IMG/VR virus record: IMGVR_UViG_3300033388_002430
Location: 1,997 to 65,996 of that record
Direction: 5' to 3' (one strand)
Source of the DNA: a virus
Taxonomy: Duplodnaviria; Caudoviricetes
DNA: 64,000 bases
Shown: piece by piece, positions 10,271-21,911 of the stretch
Layout of the letters: each line of letters opens with the position of its first letter
How positions within the stretch are numbered: position 1 is the stretch's first letter
Position numbers and translations under genes: made by a program
Notes under the pieces: generated by a model
Databases searched by the model: none
What the model saw: only the letters and a program-made list of their open reading frames with translations
Told to the model about the DNA's origin: nothing

Positions 10271-10657
10271 TTAGTCATTTTTCTCCTTATTTCTCTTATC
10301 ACATTCGGCCTGTGCTTCCTCTTTGGTCATAAATAGTTTTTCTACGGGCCATAACATACCTCCTCCTGAAGATCTGAGCCAACTCATGTATTGTTCTTCT
10401 CGATATTTTTCTGCATCAATCCTAACACTTATTTGCCTCACAACTATTGATCCAGAGATAGCCCATGCAAGTTGGTTATATTTTCTAATCTTTCCAGAAT
10501 GACGATTATAACATTCTGGACAATACCTTTTTGCCCCATCTTTTCCAACTATTTTACCTGTTCCGCCACAAAACGGACAATCCTCATAGTATTCTTCACG
10601 TTTTGTTGTTATGCAATAAAGCGTATCTCCAAGATCAAATTTTGTTTTTATATTCAT
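10271..10657 (-). CDS. protein with DnaJ-type CxxCxGxG zinc finger
   Basis: CPFCGGTG...CPEC. Confidence 0.6.
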   Translation of the reverse strand: MNIKTKFDLGDTLYCITTKREEYYEDCPFCGGTGKIVGKDGAKRYCPECYNRHSGKIRKYNQLAWAISGSIVVRQISVRIDAEKYREEQYMSWLRSSGGGMLWPVEKLFMTKEEAQAECDKRNKEKND

Positions 10658-11300
10658 TTATTCTCCAGTATGATAAATAGGGAATCTTCTGGCGCCACAC
10701 GTTTTAGTTTTTCATTGAATTGCTCTAACTGTTCAGCAATAGCAATTAAGGCATTGAATAATATAACATCTTTAGCCATCAGTCCACTACTTCTTGTACT
10801 TTGCCCTGTCAAGTTATCAAGTTGATTCTTTGCTTCTTGTAAATGCATTTTATCCTCCCAGATTTAGCCAAGTAGATCCATCTTCTCTAACTTCTAACTT
10901 TTGTCTATTAGTTTTTGGTACATTTGCTCTATCAGGATTATCAAGTTTCCACTGTTTTGAATATTTCATAATCTTATCTTTATGATCCTGATAATACTGC
11001 TGATAATAATGTTGTTTACAAAGACCTTTTGCATAATTTGCATTATTACAGATCTTACATCTCATAATTCTAATTCTTTACATGTATAGCAGACAGTATG
11101 TTCAGTACAAGTTATTTCTTCCCTGTTGAAATTGTCATAGGTGAATACTCCACAATCTCCACACAATGGCTTACCACATATCTCACAAAATCTATCAGCT
11201 ACTTTGAAGTGCAGGATAGTACCAAGTTTACGTTGCCACTCTTCTGGTAAGTCTTTCCCATTGACTTGATACTTAGGCTTTGGGCAATCACATCTATGTT

Positions 11301-11849
11301 TCATTTATAAATACTCCCATCCTCATCAAATTCAAATTCATTTGCTACGAAGAAGTCAGCTATATATTCATCGGTATAGCAACTATCCCAATCCGCTACA
11401 TAGGCTTTTACCCATAACATAACGCCTTTATTAATAAGTTGTTCCATCGTATGATCCGCCGGATCTTTCAAGTATTCCCGCATAGGATCAAGCAGGTATT
11501 CATCCATATGATAACCCGTGAAGGGACAACAAGTTTCAATTATTTCTTGATTATCATGAATCCAATCAAGGGGTTGGTACGAATCTTCAGACCTATATTC
11601 TTTGTTATCCTCTGTTAGATAATCAGGAAGATCAGTTATTCTTGCTCCTGAGTGTCCATAGCCGGACAGTTGCACTTCCCAACTTGCTTTACCACCTAAA
11701 AGTTTTGCAAATTCTTTCAAACTCTTAATATTATCATTATGTGAGGGATAAAAATTGACCCAATTCTCACGTACATATTCGCAAGTATTTTGCTGAGATT
11801 CTTCGGATAATTCGTCAAAGTTATAAATAGTTTTTGTAATAGTTCTCAT
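11301..11849 (-). CDS. acidic early protein (MRT..Y.FDELS...ANE.EF.EDG family)
   Basis: Terminal motifs typical of a widespread phage/plasmid early protein; GAGGAG RBS. Confidence 0.6.
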   Translation of the reverse strand: MRTITKTIYNFDELSEESQQNTCEYVRENWVNFYPSHNDNIKSLKEFAKLLGGKASWEVQLSGYGHSGARITDLPDYLTEDNKEYRSEDSYQPLDWIHDNQEIIETCCPFTGYHMDEYLLDPMREYLKDPADHTMEQLINKGVMLWVKAYVADWDSCYTDEYIADFFVANEFEFDEDGSIYK

Positions 11850-13303
11850 TGCTCACTCTCCTCTAGGGTATATAACTCATTGCCCATTCACCGAAGCCAA
11901 ATAACAAATTATTCACTTCCCGGCTTTGATAAATATATTCGCCGTATTTATCATTCAATTTTCTAAGCTCTTTTTGCCCAAAATTTTCATATAAACCTTT
12001 AGACTTTGCCTGACCTATGAGTTTAATTTTATATTTCCTGATATCACTTCGCAGGTTTGATACAGCATTTTCAGGTACTCCATTCATGATAAACTCTCCT
12101 CTTTGCTGATATTAGTATATAAAAGTTTCTTATTTGCTGGTAGTGATAAATGTCACATTAATTTATTACTTTCGGCTTAACACTGTGTTATTCGCAGGAT
12201 AAAGCCACAGCTTCACCAGATATATCAATACTATTTGGGGCTGGTGTTAGTTCGATTTGCACAGATTTTCCACATTTTAAGCATTCGCAATACGCATATT
12301 TAGACCAGGAATGACGCCCCTCGATCCATTCACCCATTACATGGCCTCTTTGCTTTGTGGCTTGCAACGCTTCAGATTTTAGATCATTAAATTTATCCAT
12401 TATATCTACCTTTGCTAGTGTATTATTACCCCACTAGCAGGGATATAAAATTAACTATTCCATTCCTGGATCATTTGCTGACCCTGTTTTGTTCTCTTTA
12501 ATTTACTATGAGCTTTTACAGATAATTCACCACCACTTGATCTATAAGCTATGAGATACTCCTGTAATAGCTTATTAGCCTCTTTGCCTGTTTGCACTTC
12601 ATCAATAATCTCAGGATCATTACCAGGATATTTATATACGATATATTTAAATTCGTTCATTTTGCCCATCCTCTATATAAAATAGATAATCCGAATAGAT
12701 CCAGGGAATAATTCATATACGGATAATATTCCCATATATCTACCTTAAATTTAGATCCATATCGCCATAGTTTAAGTCCCCATAGTTGGAATAGTAAATA
12801 TCTATCATCTTTGAACGTAATACAGATCTGTTTATAGCCCTTACACTGTGATTTTTCTATGTTCATTGCATAAGCTCCACATAATCCGTATTATCTAAAA
12901 AATATTGAGCTTCTTTACTACTTATTTTTTGTACAATATCTTTACAATAATAAGCTCCAATAGATCTGCCATAAAGATATTCATATCTTAATCGATGGAT
13001 TGCTGTCATACCTATTTGTGGCCCCTCTTTATGTCTAGATTTTAATCCTTTAATCATTCCCTCAAAGATGTATTGAACTGTGAAAAGTTTAGCGGCAATA
13101 TTCTTTGATATTCCACAAGTCGAATCTCTACCAGATCTATGTTGTTTTTCAGATTCCAGAGATAATTTATATATCTTATTCCTGTACGCTGTCCAGGTAT
13201 AGTTATTCAAGATATGGAGCTTATCATAGTACTCATTAATAAGATTTATTTGTTCTTTTTTATTCATTGTATTAACTCTCCTCTATTCTAATAGTCTGAT
13301 TTA

Positions 13304-13789
13304 TTAACTTTGCATGGGCATTATAAGTGCCTCAGCTTTATCATATGAATCTGGTGCAATTACTTTAATAGGTTCATTCTCACTAGTGAATTTTAGTATA
13401 ATCATATCACTGCTACCTGTCGGCATTGTAGATAAATCTGCTAACAGTTTCTTATCAACTGCTATTTGGAAAATAGCCTCCTTATTAGCTAATCTCTCTT
13501 CGATTAATTCCCAGTCTGGATAATCTCCGTCAATCTCCTCATATTCCACAGGTTGAGGATTAACAGGAATATTATTTAATGGCTTCAAGGTTTTTTGATT
13601 ATAACTTTGCAGGATTGCAGGAGTTTCTATTTTATGTAGTCTGTGTCCATCCACTGCTACCAGGTTATTATTATCAATTCTGATTGTATTTAATATTTGA
13701 CGTGATTTATCTCTAGATCTTGCTAAACTTACCCATTTTACCGCTCTTGAATCTTCTTTATTATCTAACTTAATTATATGTGTTTGCAT
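13304..13789 (-). CDS. truncated beta sliding-clamp-like protein
   Basis: RQILNTI...LVAVDGHRL, G.YPDW and C-terminal LIMPM resemble DnaN motifs. Confidence 0.6.
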   Translation of the reverse strand: MQTHIIKLDNKEDSRAVKWVSLARSRDKSRQILNTIRIDNNNLVAVDGHRLHKIETPAILQSYNQKTLKPLNNIPVNPQPVEYEEIDGDYPDWELIEERLANKEAIFQIAVDKKLLADLSTMPTGSSDMIILKFTSENEPIKVIAPDSYDKAEALIMPMQS

Positions 13790-15370
13790 AATATACTCTC
13801 CTCTATTTGCTGGTTTATTTGCACACTTTCCAGAACTTTATATAGCCGTTTACACGTGTTTTTATTGTGATATCGCCGGATCTATGATTAATAACCTTTT
13901 CAACTATAATAGGATAGTTAGGATCAATTCCTTGCTTTGCACGGCATTCTGATCCTGGAGTAGGTATAGACCTATTACAGAATGATACTAAATCATAATC
14001 AGGATCATTGCATAGTCGTTTATATGTATTATTCATGTGCTGTATCCTGGTTTAATAAGGATTGCTTATATTCTTTGAGATAATAGTATATTAATTCAAT
14101 ATCCCCGTTATAAAGCGTGGTTCTTGCATGGTTATTCTGTGTTGATATTGTGTTATCTCGAATTATCCTAAATAAAATATTTATGTTATCTATTCTTATT
14201 TTATCCCGTGACATTGTATTTTATCCTTATAATGCTATGTTTTTATTTATGTCCTAACATATAATAATTTATAGCAGTTAATAGACCCTCTTGAGTACTG
14301 AAAATGGCAGATTTTTTACCTTGTTCAGATATAGCATAATAATTACCGTCATCAGTCTGGTATATGTCAAATCCCATATAATTAGTTATTTGTTCATCCA
14401 TGTTTATATACTCCTTATATAACACTGTGTTTAGTAAATTGATGGATTAATCGCCGTTATTCTGAAATTATCAGGTATTACCCGATTATTCTTATCCAGA
14501 ATATGTACCAGGAGCATTCTATAGCAAGTAGGGCCATAATACAGATATCCGATTATTCTACCAGCGTTATATCTGATCTGGATCTTATCGGGTTCGGTGC
14601 ATATATTAGTTATCTTAACCATTTTATTACCTCTTTTTATAATAATTCTTTTATTATTTGATTTGCTTCAATTCCATAAGTATTAATAATATAATCTGAT
14701 GTGCTTGTACCATCAGGAGTATTTAACCATGTATCAAATTCAACTATATCAAGGCCAAATATATTATCAAAGAATTTATTAAGTGGAATATTAAATATTG
14801 ATTCAAATTCTAGATAGTATGCTTTATACATTCTTTTCATTTTATCCATTCTTTTTTTCATAGTATTACCTCTTATTTGCAGGTTAAATTATAATAACAC
14901 TGTGTTTGTAGGAATTATTTATACTGGTAATAAGTTATCTCCTCTGATCCATATCCGGGTATTATCAAGGGTTATTACCATATAACCATTACCCACACCG
15001 GCATAGTACCAGGCATAAAATCCTGTCAAGGTGACTATAGAATTATATAAATGATCTGGTAGGTTCTGGAATGAGAGTACTTTACATCGGATATCTTTAC
15101 GTTTAGGATTATATCGGATCTGATTATGGTTAGGTATGTGCATAATATAGCCTCATTTAATAATATTTATGATATAAATGATAAAATTCAATTTATATAA
15201 TATTGGATCTTTAAATGTCCCAGGGATATGAATAATGTTTTATTATATGTGGGTAATTTTACGTACCATTTAGAATAAGAATGATAAGATATAGTTATTC
15301 GTTTATGATCCAGCAATAGTTTATACATATAAGCTCCTTATTAGTATACTGACCCAATAGAATAATACCG

Positions 15371-15772
15371 TTATATATCATTATGATCAATCACGGCTTG
15401 CTTCAATTGATCCAGGTCATAGTCAATACTTAATCCATATCCAACGTTTAGATAAGCAAGATCGCCGTCAATATACCAGTCATCGAGTTCCACTAATTGT
15501 GATATGTCTTCAAATTGTACTTCAATCTCTGATACGTTAAGCCATATGCCGTCACTAGCACTAGCAGGTGAGCCGTTAAACCAGGCCTCATAATCCACAC
15601 ATGATAGAATATCCCCCCGCTTGCTATATTCTATGGGTAACAACAGATCCTGGATATCCTTGCTGCAATAACGCTTCAAGAATTCATTGGTTAATTCTAT
15701 CTCATATCCGATAGCCTCAACTAACATATTCTTTTCAGATTCTAGCGTGTTCTCAACAGTGATTTTATACAT
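15371..15772 (-). CDS. highly acidic early protein (probable start MYKIT)
   Basis: AGGAG RBS before ATG at 15772; strong D/E excess. Confidence 0.6.
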   Translation of the reverse strand: MYKITVENTLESEKNMLVEAIGYEIELTNEFLKRYCSKDIQDLLLPIEYSKRGDILSCVDYEAWFNGSPASASDGIWLNVSEIEVQFEDISQLVELDDWYIDGDLAYLNVGYGLSIDYDLDQLKQAVIDHNDI

Positions 15773-16825
15773 TGTATACGCTCCTCTAAACACAGTGTTT
15801 ATTGAATTATGTGACGTAAAGCCGTGTTCATATGGCTATCGTTTAAATAATCGTACAATCCGGTAATAAATGAATAATCCTCTTTATTGTTATTACGTGA
15901 CCAGTCACATGTTATATGGTATATATCCCAGTTATAACGCGTCTCACTAATATCATAATCAGAACGTGGGCCTATGTTGTTACGTCCAATAGCATCTGTT
16001 ATTAGTACTTCCAATCTAGCATAATCAGTCTTATTTATTTTCATTTTATCCTCATTGTTTATAAATAGTTCGATATACTTCCATTGCTTCAATCCCATCA
16101 TCCAGGAATATTACATCAGCCCTGATATACTCCTTAGTTTCTTGATGTATTCTTACAATCCGCGCGATACCTTCAAATTTCAATTCAGTGAAGGGATCTT
16201 CATATACTCTTACATTAGTTCCAATTAATTTGTTCATTCTATACCTCACTTGATAAGATTGACAATATCCTGGATCATAGTAGTACTACGAACCAGGAAC
16301 CATAGAATATATAAACTAATCCCGGTAACAACTAATTGTGGCAGTTTATTAATAAGCTTCATATTGACATACTCCTTGGAGTTTAATTGACTCTGATAAC
16401 GTTAAATAAGATTCACACCCTAGAATAGTTATATCGGATCTGAATTTATACTTATCCAGGATGGCCCTAAACTTGTCAATTCCCGCTATGATGTGATAAC
16501 TATTCTTATCCTGACAATCCTCCTGTAGTACTAGTCTATAATACATATAAGCTCCTCATAACACAGTGTTTATTCTTACTATTATAGTATCATAGGTTAT
16601 GTAATATGATGTCATAAATAATTAAGTCGAATGTCATAAAACATATGTTCTATAATATCCCCCTGGTAGGGCCCTGGATAGAATAGTATGTATAATAAGT
16701 ATGATATTTATAATAAGTATTATATAAGAGGATAGTTAGAATGTGTGAGCTACCGAGGGATATATAAGAGTGTAGAATAGCGGTAAAGCGGAATGACATC
16801 TGTAGAGTATGCACGGGCAATAGTT

Positions 16826-17392
16826 AATTATGCTCCGAATTTTATATCAACCCTGAAACTTTATAACTTCTTTCTCTGAATAGTAACAATTTTTGGATAT
16901 TGTTTAATTCGAGTTAAGATAACAATTATTTCTTCCATATCACAATCAATTAGTCTTGGAACGATATAATTGTGCATTATTCCAATTCTACCTCCAGGAG
17001 TTGTACATCGAACCATTTCTCGTGTCCACACTGACCACTCTGGATACTCCGTATTATATAAATTTTTTGCAAATTCTTTACTATAAGGAGGATCTGCCAT
17101 AGCCCCAGGAAAATGATTCGTAGGAAATGGAAGTGAATGAACATCAGCCACAACATGAGGATTTACATCTGGTGAGATATCAATTTTAATACCTGTATCG
17201 GCCATACCACCAAATAAATGTAAATAATTATTTGTCTCTAATATATCGGGTAATTTCCTCTCAAACCAGAGCGGATAGCATCCAGGATATTTCTTTGCTG
17301 GCCTTGGTAAGTATAAAACTGATGTTTTTAATTTTCCCATAATATCCTCTTTTAATTTGAATTATGTTCCGAATTTTAGATCAATTCTGAAA
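16826..17392. repeat. 33-bp direct repeats (16826-16858, 17360-17392) flanking the methyltransferase gene
   Basis: aattatgCtccgaattttaTatcaaCCctgaaa vs aattatgTtccgaattttaGatcaaTTctgaaa, 29/33 identical. Confidence 0.75.
16861..17340 (-). CDS. small DNA amino (N6A/N4C)-methyltransferase-like protein
   Basis: LHLFGG SAM-binding motif, DPPY catalytic motif, PGG. Confidence 0.75.
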   Translation of the reverse strand: MGKLKTSVLYLPRPAKKYPGCYPLWFERKLPDILETNNYLHLFGGMADTGIKIDISPDVNPHVVADVHSLPFPTNHFPGAMADPPYSKEFAKNLYNTEYPEWSVWTREMVRCTTPGGRIGIMHNYIVPRLIDCDMEEIIVILTRIKQYPKIVTIQRKKL

Positions 17393-17393
17393 A

Positions 17394-17600
17394 TTATTCC
17401 TCATCATACTCTAATTTCATCGGCAAAGGGCGTCTTTTGATCTCATACATTCTTAAGAGACCACGTACACATGCTTGCATATCCGAATGACTTTTGGGAT
17501 AGTTTAAATCTGATCTCCATTCGTGCAATCCAGCAATCATCATAGTAATCATATCCCTTTCTTGTTGTGCTAATAGTTCTCTCAATGGTGATTTTGGCAT
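17394..17600 (-). CDS. hypothetical protein
   Basis: ORF with RBS. Confidence 0.5.
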   Translation of the reverse strand: MPKSPLRELLAQQERDMITMMIAGLHEWRSDLNYPKSHSDMQACVRGLLRMYEIKRRPLPMKLEYDEE

Positions 17601-17653
17601 CGTTACCTTCCTTTCTACTCAACCTCAAAATTTTATAGTATTTAATCAAAGAT

Positions 17654-18202
17654 TTATATCATATCTGTACTATACCAATAATAAGGTGGTTTAGTCCAAA
17701 TATTTATCTCTCCTGAAATATCTAATGCTCGTAGAAGTATTTCAGGAATATATTTATTATTACCATGCCGAATCAAAGCCATTAAACTGGCAAGTGCTGT
17801 ATCTCCACCTGATCCAATAGCGGCTATTCCATTGAGATATTCCTCTACCTGAAAATCTGTATCAATTTCAAATAACTCACCCCGGATTCCAATAAGTAAA
17901 TTTCCACCTGTTTCTACATTGTTCTCTATTTTAGTATATCCCCCGGATCGTAGTACTTCTCGGATAACCGGAATAACTTTTAGAATGATTTGAGATATAA
18001 GATTTGAACCAGAGATATGTGGTAATTCACAAGTTCTCAATATATCTCCCATTCTTGTGCTGGTCGTGTATCCAATTAAATAATTACCATTTTTAAATAT
18101 TTTTTCTTTTTTGGTTATTCTATATGTCCCATTTGCAGAAACACAGGAATCTCCAGCCATATAAACCTTATTCTTATGTACCATTCCAATTATACAAGTC
18201 AT
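17654..18202 (-). CDS. Ntn-hydrolase, HslV/proteasome-beta-like peptidase
   Basis: MTCIIG...AGDS start with Thr2 nucleophile; AIGSG motif. Confidence 0.8.
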   Translation of the reverse strand: MTCIIGMVHKNKVYMAGDSCVSANGTYRITKKEKIFKNGNYLIGYTTSTRMGDILRTCELPHISGSNLISQIILKVIPVIREVLRSGGYTKIENNVETGGNLLIGIRGELFEIDTDFQVEEYLNGIAAIGSGGDTALASLMALIRHGNNKYIPEILLRALDISGEINIWTKPPYYWYSTDMI

Positions 18203-18236
18203 TATCTATCCTTATGTTTATATTTTTCAATACTAA

Positions 18237-18611
18237 TTACCAAATACAATCCTGTGCTATTCCTACGAGCCGTACAAATACCTCATCTTTTACTTTCTCT
18301 TTCGGATCTAATTTGTCATATGAAATCATATCGGGATGTATCTTGTTTTCAAGATCATACGTATCACCATAAACCCACCCCATTTCAAAATATTTGTCAG
18401 TCCAAGAATCATGAGCCTCTTCAAAATCTTGAAACTCCCTCTTACCCGAACACAGATCATTGATAAGTCCCACGAACTGAGATGTAAATTCCTCCTCCCT
18501 ATCCTCCCAAGAAGCAGGAATGACTGGACACTCAAGCTGAGTAGCATGAAGCCTAGCCCCCTCATAAACAAATTTTGCTCTACGTTCTTCCATTATTATC
18601 TCCTTGTCCAT
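18237..18611 (-). CDS. RyR-domain protein
   Basis: HDSW...GWVYG...KIHPDM.SYD.L...EK.KD. Confidence 0.8.
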   Translation of the reverse strand: MDKEIIMEERRAKFVYEGARLHATQLECPVIPASWEDREEEFTSQFVGLINDLCSGKREFQDFEEAHDSWTDKYFEMGWVYGDTYDLENKIHPDMISYDKLDPKEKVKDEVFVRLVGIAQDCIW

Positions 18612-18658
18612 ATATCATGACTTGTTTTTAATCACAACTTCTCTTATATAATCAAGTA

Positions 18659-19387
18659 TTATTCCTCAACAGATCTGACAGAGAATAGCGGAGTATTATA
18701 CGATCCTTTTTCTACTACGCACCATTTCTCTATGGTTTGCAGATTTCTACAAATACATTGTAGGGCTGATCTTTCATGAGCATAATGTAATGATCCCAAA
18801 GCATCTATGATTTGTTTCCCAGAACTCTTAGGATTCTTAGCAAGATACTCCTTGATTTCCAGCATTGATTGTTTATATCGAGTCCAATATCCCCCACCAC
18901 GTGTCCCCGCCACTCCATAGTTATCGACCAATCCTGTATTTATCAAATCGAATAATCGTTTCTTAGTACTTATCCAATGAGATTGAGTATTATTCAGATC
19001 ATACCTAACACTGTGTTTTACAAATATTGATGAGTATTCTCCTAAGTAATGGGTCTGCACATGTCCAGATTTAGAAACAGTCATACTACTAATATTCATC
19101 TCCTTACCCAAATAGCCTATCCAGAACTGATGATTATTACTAGCACTATCCGATTCAACCCTGGGAAAAGCTATGGTACGGAAATCCACATCCCATTTAT
19201 AGGCTTGCCTAATCACATTTAGAGATAGAGTCGTTTTTAATTCTATGATCCATATCAAATCTTTTAATACACAAACAATATCAGCTACTTTACCGCCTCT
19301 CGGAGATAACTCTTGATATATCTTCCAGTCAGGTCTATTCTTTTCCAGCCATTCAATTATTGTTTTTCCCAGATCAGTCTCTTTCAT
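18659..19387 (-). CDS. PD-(D/E)xK nuclease-like protein
   Basis: YQE...ADIV...IIELK. Confidence 0.6.
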   Translation of the reverse strand: MKETDLGKTIIEWLEKNRPDWKIYQELSPRGGKVADIVCVLKDLIWIIELKTTLSLNVIRQAYKWDVDFRTIAFPRVESDSASNNHQFWIGYLGKEMNISSMTVSKSGHVQTHYLGEYSSIFVKHSVRYDLNNTQSHWISTKKRLFDLINTGLVDNYGVAGTRGGGYWTRYKQSMLEIKEYLAKNPKSSGKQIIDALGSLHYAHERSALQCICRNLQTIEKWCVVEKGSYNTPLFSVRSVEE

Positions 19388-19432
19388 CTCATCCTTTTGT
19401 ATTCATAATATGTTGGTGATTAACCTATAAAA

Positions 19433-19516
19433 TAGGTCATATGACCTAATATATTGTGAGTTATGTTGATAATAACCCCTCTTAATGTTGATAATCTTTT
19501 CCACTATTGTTGATAA
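19433..19516. promoter_or_regulatory. 16-bp palindrome plus three TGTTGATAA repeats at 22-bp spacing (candidate origin)
   Basis: TAGGTCATATGACCTA 19433-19448; repeats start at 19464, 19486, 19508. Confidence 0.55.
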
Positions 19517-19622
19517 AATATGCTACTTTACTATATAATCCAAGCTAAAAATTTTTTGAAGTTAATGTTTATAGTGAAGTTCAAAAATATGCCACTTTTC
19601 ATAATTAGTGGTAAATCTTTAC

Positions 19623-20141
19623 CTATAAATGATCCAAATCGAAATATTCCAATACAGTGTTACCTAGTAATGCTTCTCTTGCCCATTCCCTTGCTTTCCC
19701 CCTGGAAAATCTAAAGATATGATCTAACCAATTACTTTTATTATTAAATTCTTTAACCAACCTATTAATGGTTATTTCATATGTCTTTATTTCTTCAGCA
19801 AATTCTTCAGGAGTAATATCTAAAGAAGTTATACCTGCCGAACTCATAAATACTATATCTAAAAGTTCTTGATATTTATCCATAACTAGTATTTCAGCAA
19901 CGGCCTCTCTTATCCTGGCATAATGCTCCTCAAGAACATACTCCGCAGATGTAGTAGGCTTGCTGAATTTATAATTAGAGATCTCTAAATAAACCTTAGA
20001 AACTTCTTCCATCACTACCCAGAAATCATACAATTCTTTTTTGATCTGACTTAAATTAAGTCCTTCTGGATCTTCAATAATATCTTTCCAGAACTCGTCA
20101 TATACCGAATCTACTGCGGATTGTTTAGTAAGACTCATCAC
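19623..20141 (-). CDS. hypothetical protein
   Basis: ORF in minus-strand operon. Confidence 0.6.
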   Translation of the reverse strand: MMSLTKQSAVDSVYDEFWKDIIEDPEGLNLSQIKKELYDFWVVMEEVSKVYLEISNYKFSKPTTSAEYVLEEHYARIREAVAEILVMDKYQELLDIVFMSSAGITSLDITPEEFAEEIKTYEITINRLVKEFNNKSNWLDHIFRFSRGKAREWAREALLGNTVLEYFDLDHL

Positions 20142-20906
20142 ATCTCCTACAAATCATAATCTCTTTAGCAATTTCCCATCCAGATCCACCACCATCAATA
20201 ATCTCATCATCAATCTCTATTCGAGGATAGAATTTGTTCCTTGTCTCTATAACTTTCATAATAGGTTTGGATCGTGGTGGTTGTGCTTGCCCACATTTTT
20301 CACATCTAAAACTCATGGATATTTTACTCCTCATAAATATTTATGTATAATTCTAGATAATCTACCAAATCCCCACTTATTTAGTTGTAAATAAATAGAG
20401 AGCCAAATAGGATTATAATAATCTTGTCTAATTTGTTTTGGCATTCTTCTATAAAGACGTTGCGTTCTAAATATTTTTTTCATTTATAATTCTCTCCCTC
20501 ATTAATACAATATATCGTGACTTTATTTGACCAATATAATTTTCTACCACAATATTCACACTCATAAGGATCATCTTTATAAATACTAATAGAAAATTCC
20601 CATAAAGGAAACTTATGCCCACAGACACATTTTGTTATTGGTAAAAGCTCACCATCAATTCCACCAAATTCTATATCTTTTGTAACATCTATCATTAGAA
20701 CCAATTTCCTTGACTATCTTGCATCACTTCCTTACCACATTTGGAGCATATAGCGTGAAGAGAACAACCATCAGAACTAATTTTTCCACTATTACCATCG
20801 TGCCATCCAAATGTTTTACAAGAAATATACGTACCAAATATTTTATCGTAAAGACATAGGCCAAATGGTGTAATAAATAATCCGACAAGTAATACAAAAA
20901 TAATTT

Positions 20907-21101
20907 TCATTCGTCCTCCTGATCTATTGGATCACCATTTTCATCTAAGTACTGAATAAGAGATAAGTCTTTTCCACCGGCTCTCCAATAATCATCTCCA
21001 CCATCAATAAAAGTTTCATTTTCACATCCACATGTTACCCAATCATGGACATGTTTACTTTCTAGCACAGTGTTACAACCTAAACATCTAGCTTTACTCA
21101 T
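20907..21101 (-). CDS. small Zn-binding protein
   Basis: CxxC...H.HD..CxC...DGG. Confidence 0.6.
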   Translation of the reverse strand: MSKARCLGCNTVLESKHVHDWVTCGCENETFIDGGDDYWRAGGKDLSLIQYLDENGDPIDQEDE

Positions 21102-21650
21102 TTATTTTTTCAATAATTCTTTTATGCCACTGAATATAAAACTGATTACACATTTGGTTTAATAATCTAGTAAGATCATGGTTTGTAAGATTATTTTGAA
21201 TAAATATATCTCCATAATTACTAATAGAAAGTAAAATTTCATCTTTCTTATATGGCCGTAAAGTTAAGGCTGGATTTTCTTTTTCCATGTATTTTTCTAT
21301 ATCTATTGTTTTACTCATTTACACTCCTCTGTACTAATTATCCATTTTGTGCCATGACCCATATCAAATTTATATAAGCTATTTACACCATGGTATTTTG
21401 CCCATGCTAAAGCGTTCTTCTCAGCATTTTCTTGATTCATAGTAGTTTCGTAAATATATCTGTCAAATTTGATTTTAGTCAATTTCCTGATCTGAATTAT
21501 TTTCATAAAGATACTCATATATCACGTTATAAGTGTTTGCTCCAATTTGACCCTCTCGTACCAATTCCAGTATAAATTCATGTTTCTCATCTTTAGTCAT
21601 TTTTCTCCTAACATTATTTAGATTATTATAATTTGCATATGGCTTATTTA

Positions 21651-21911
21651 TTATAAAGAACCAAACCTAAACCAAATTATTTCCGTCTTATTACTCGGAT
21701 GACTATCTATATGAATAAATTTGAAATCTTCCCAAGAATTATAAATACCCAGACTAGAAACACCGTGTTTATCAATATCTGTTCTCCAACATACAATTAC
21801 CTGTCCAGTATGAAAAACAATACCATCTAGGACTCTGCCAGTTCCACTAACTCCAGATTCATCCTGATTTCTCACCACTGTAAATAGTCTGGGTTCTTTA
21901 CTCATAACCAT
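21651..21911 (-). CDS. conserved phage hypothetical protein
   Basis: RxxDESGVSGTGxV.xG motif common in phages. Confidence 0.6.
   Translation of the reverse strand: MVMSKEPRLFTVVRNQDESGVSGTGRVLDGIVFHTGQVIVCWRTDIDKHGVSSLGIYNSWEDFKFIHIDSHPSNKTEIIWFRFGSL

Larger units (their letters stand above)
11863..16546 (-). other. array of about 17 small early genes, most with strong GAGG/AGGAG RBS
   Basis: Tightly packed 55-160 aa minus-strand ORFs in AT-rich DNA. Confidence 0.7.

Noticed and set aside
12179-16570. CRISPR mini-array or integron attC array formed by the palindromes
   Set aside because: The repeat is only 11-15 bp and irregularly spaced, it also occurs inside genes, and no cas or integrase genes are present
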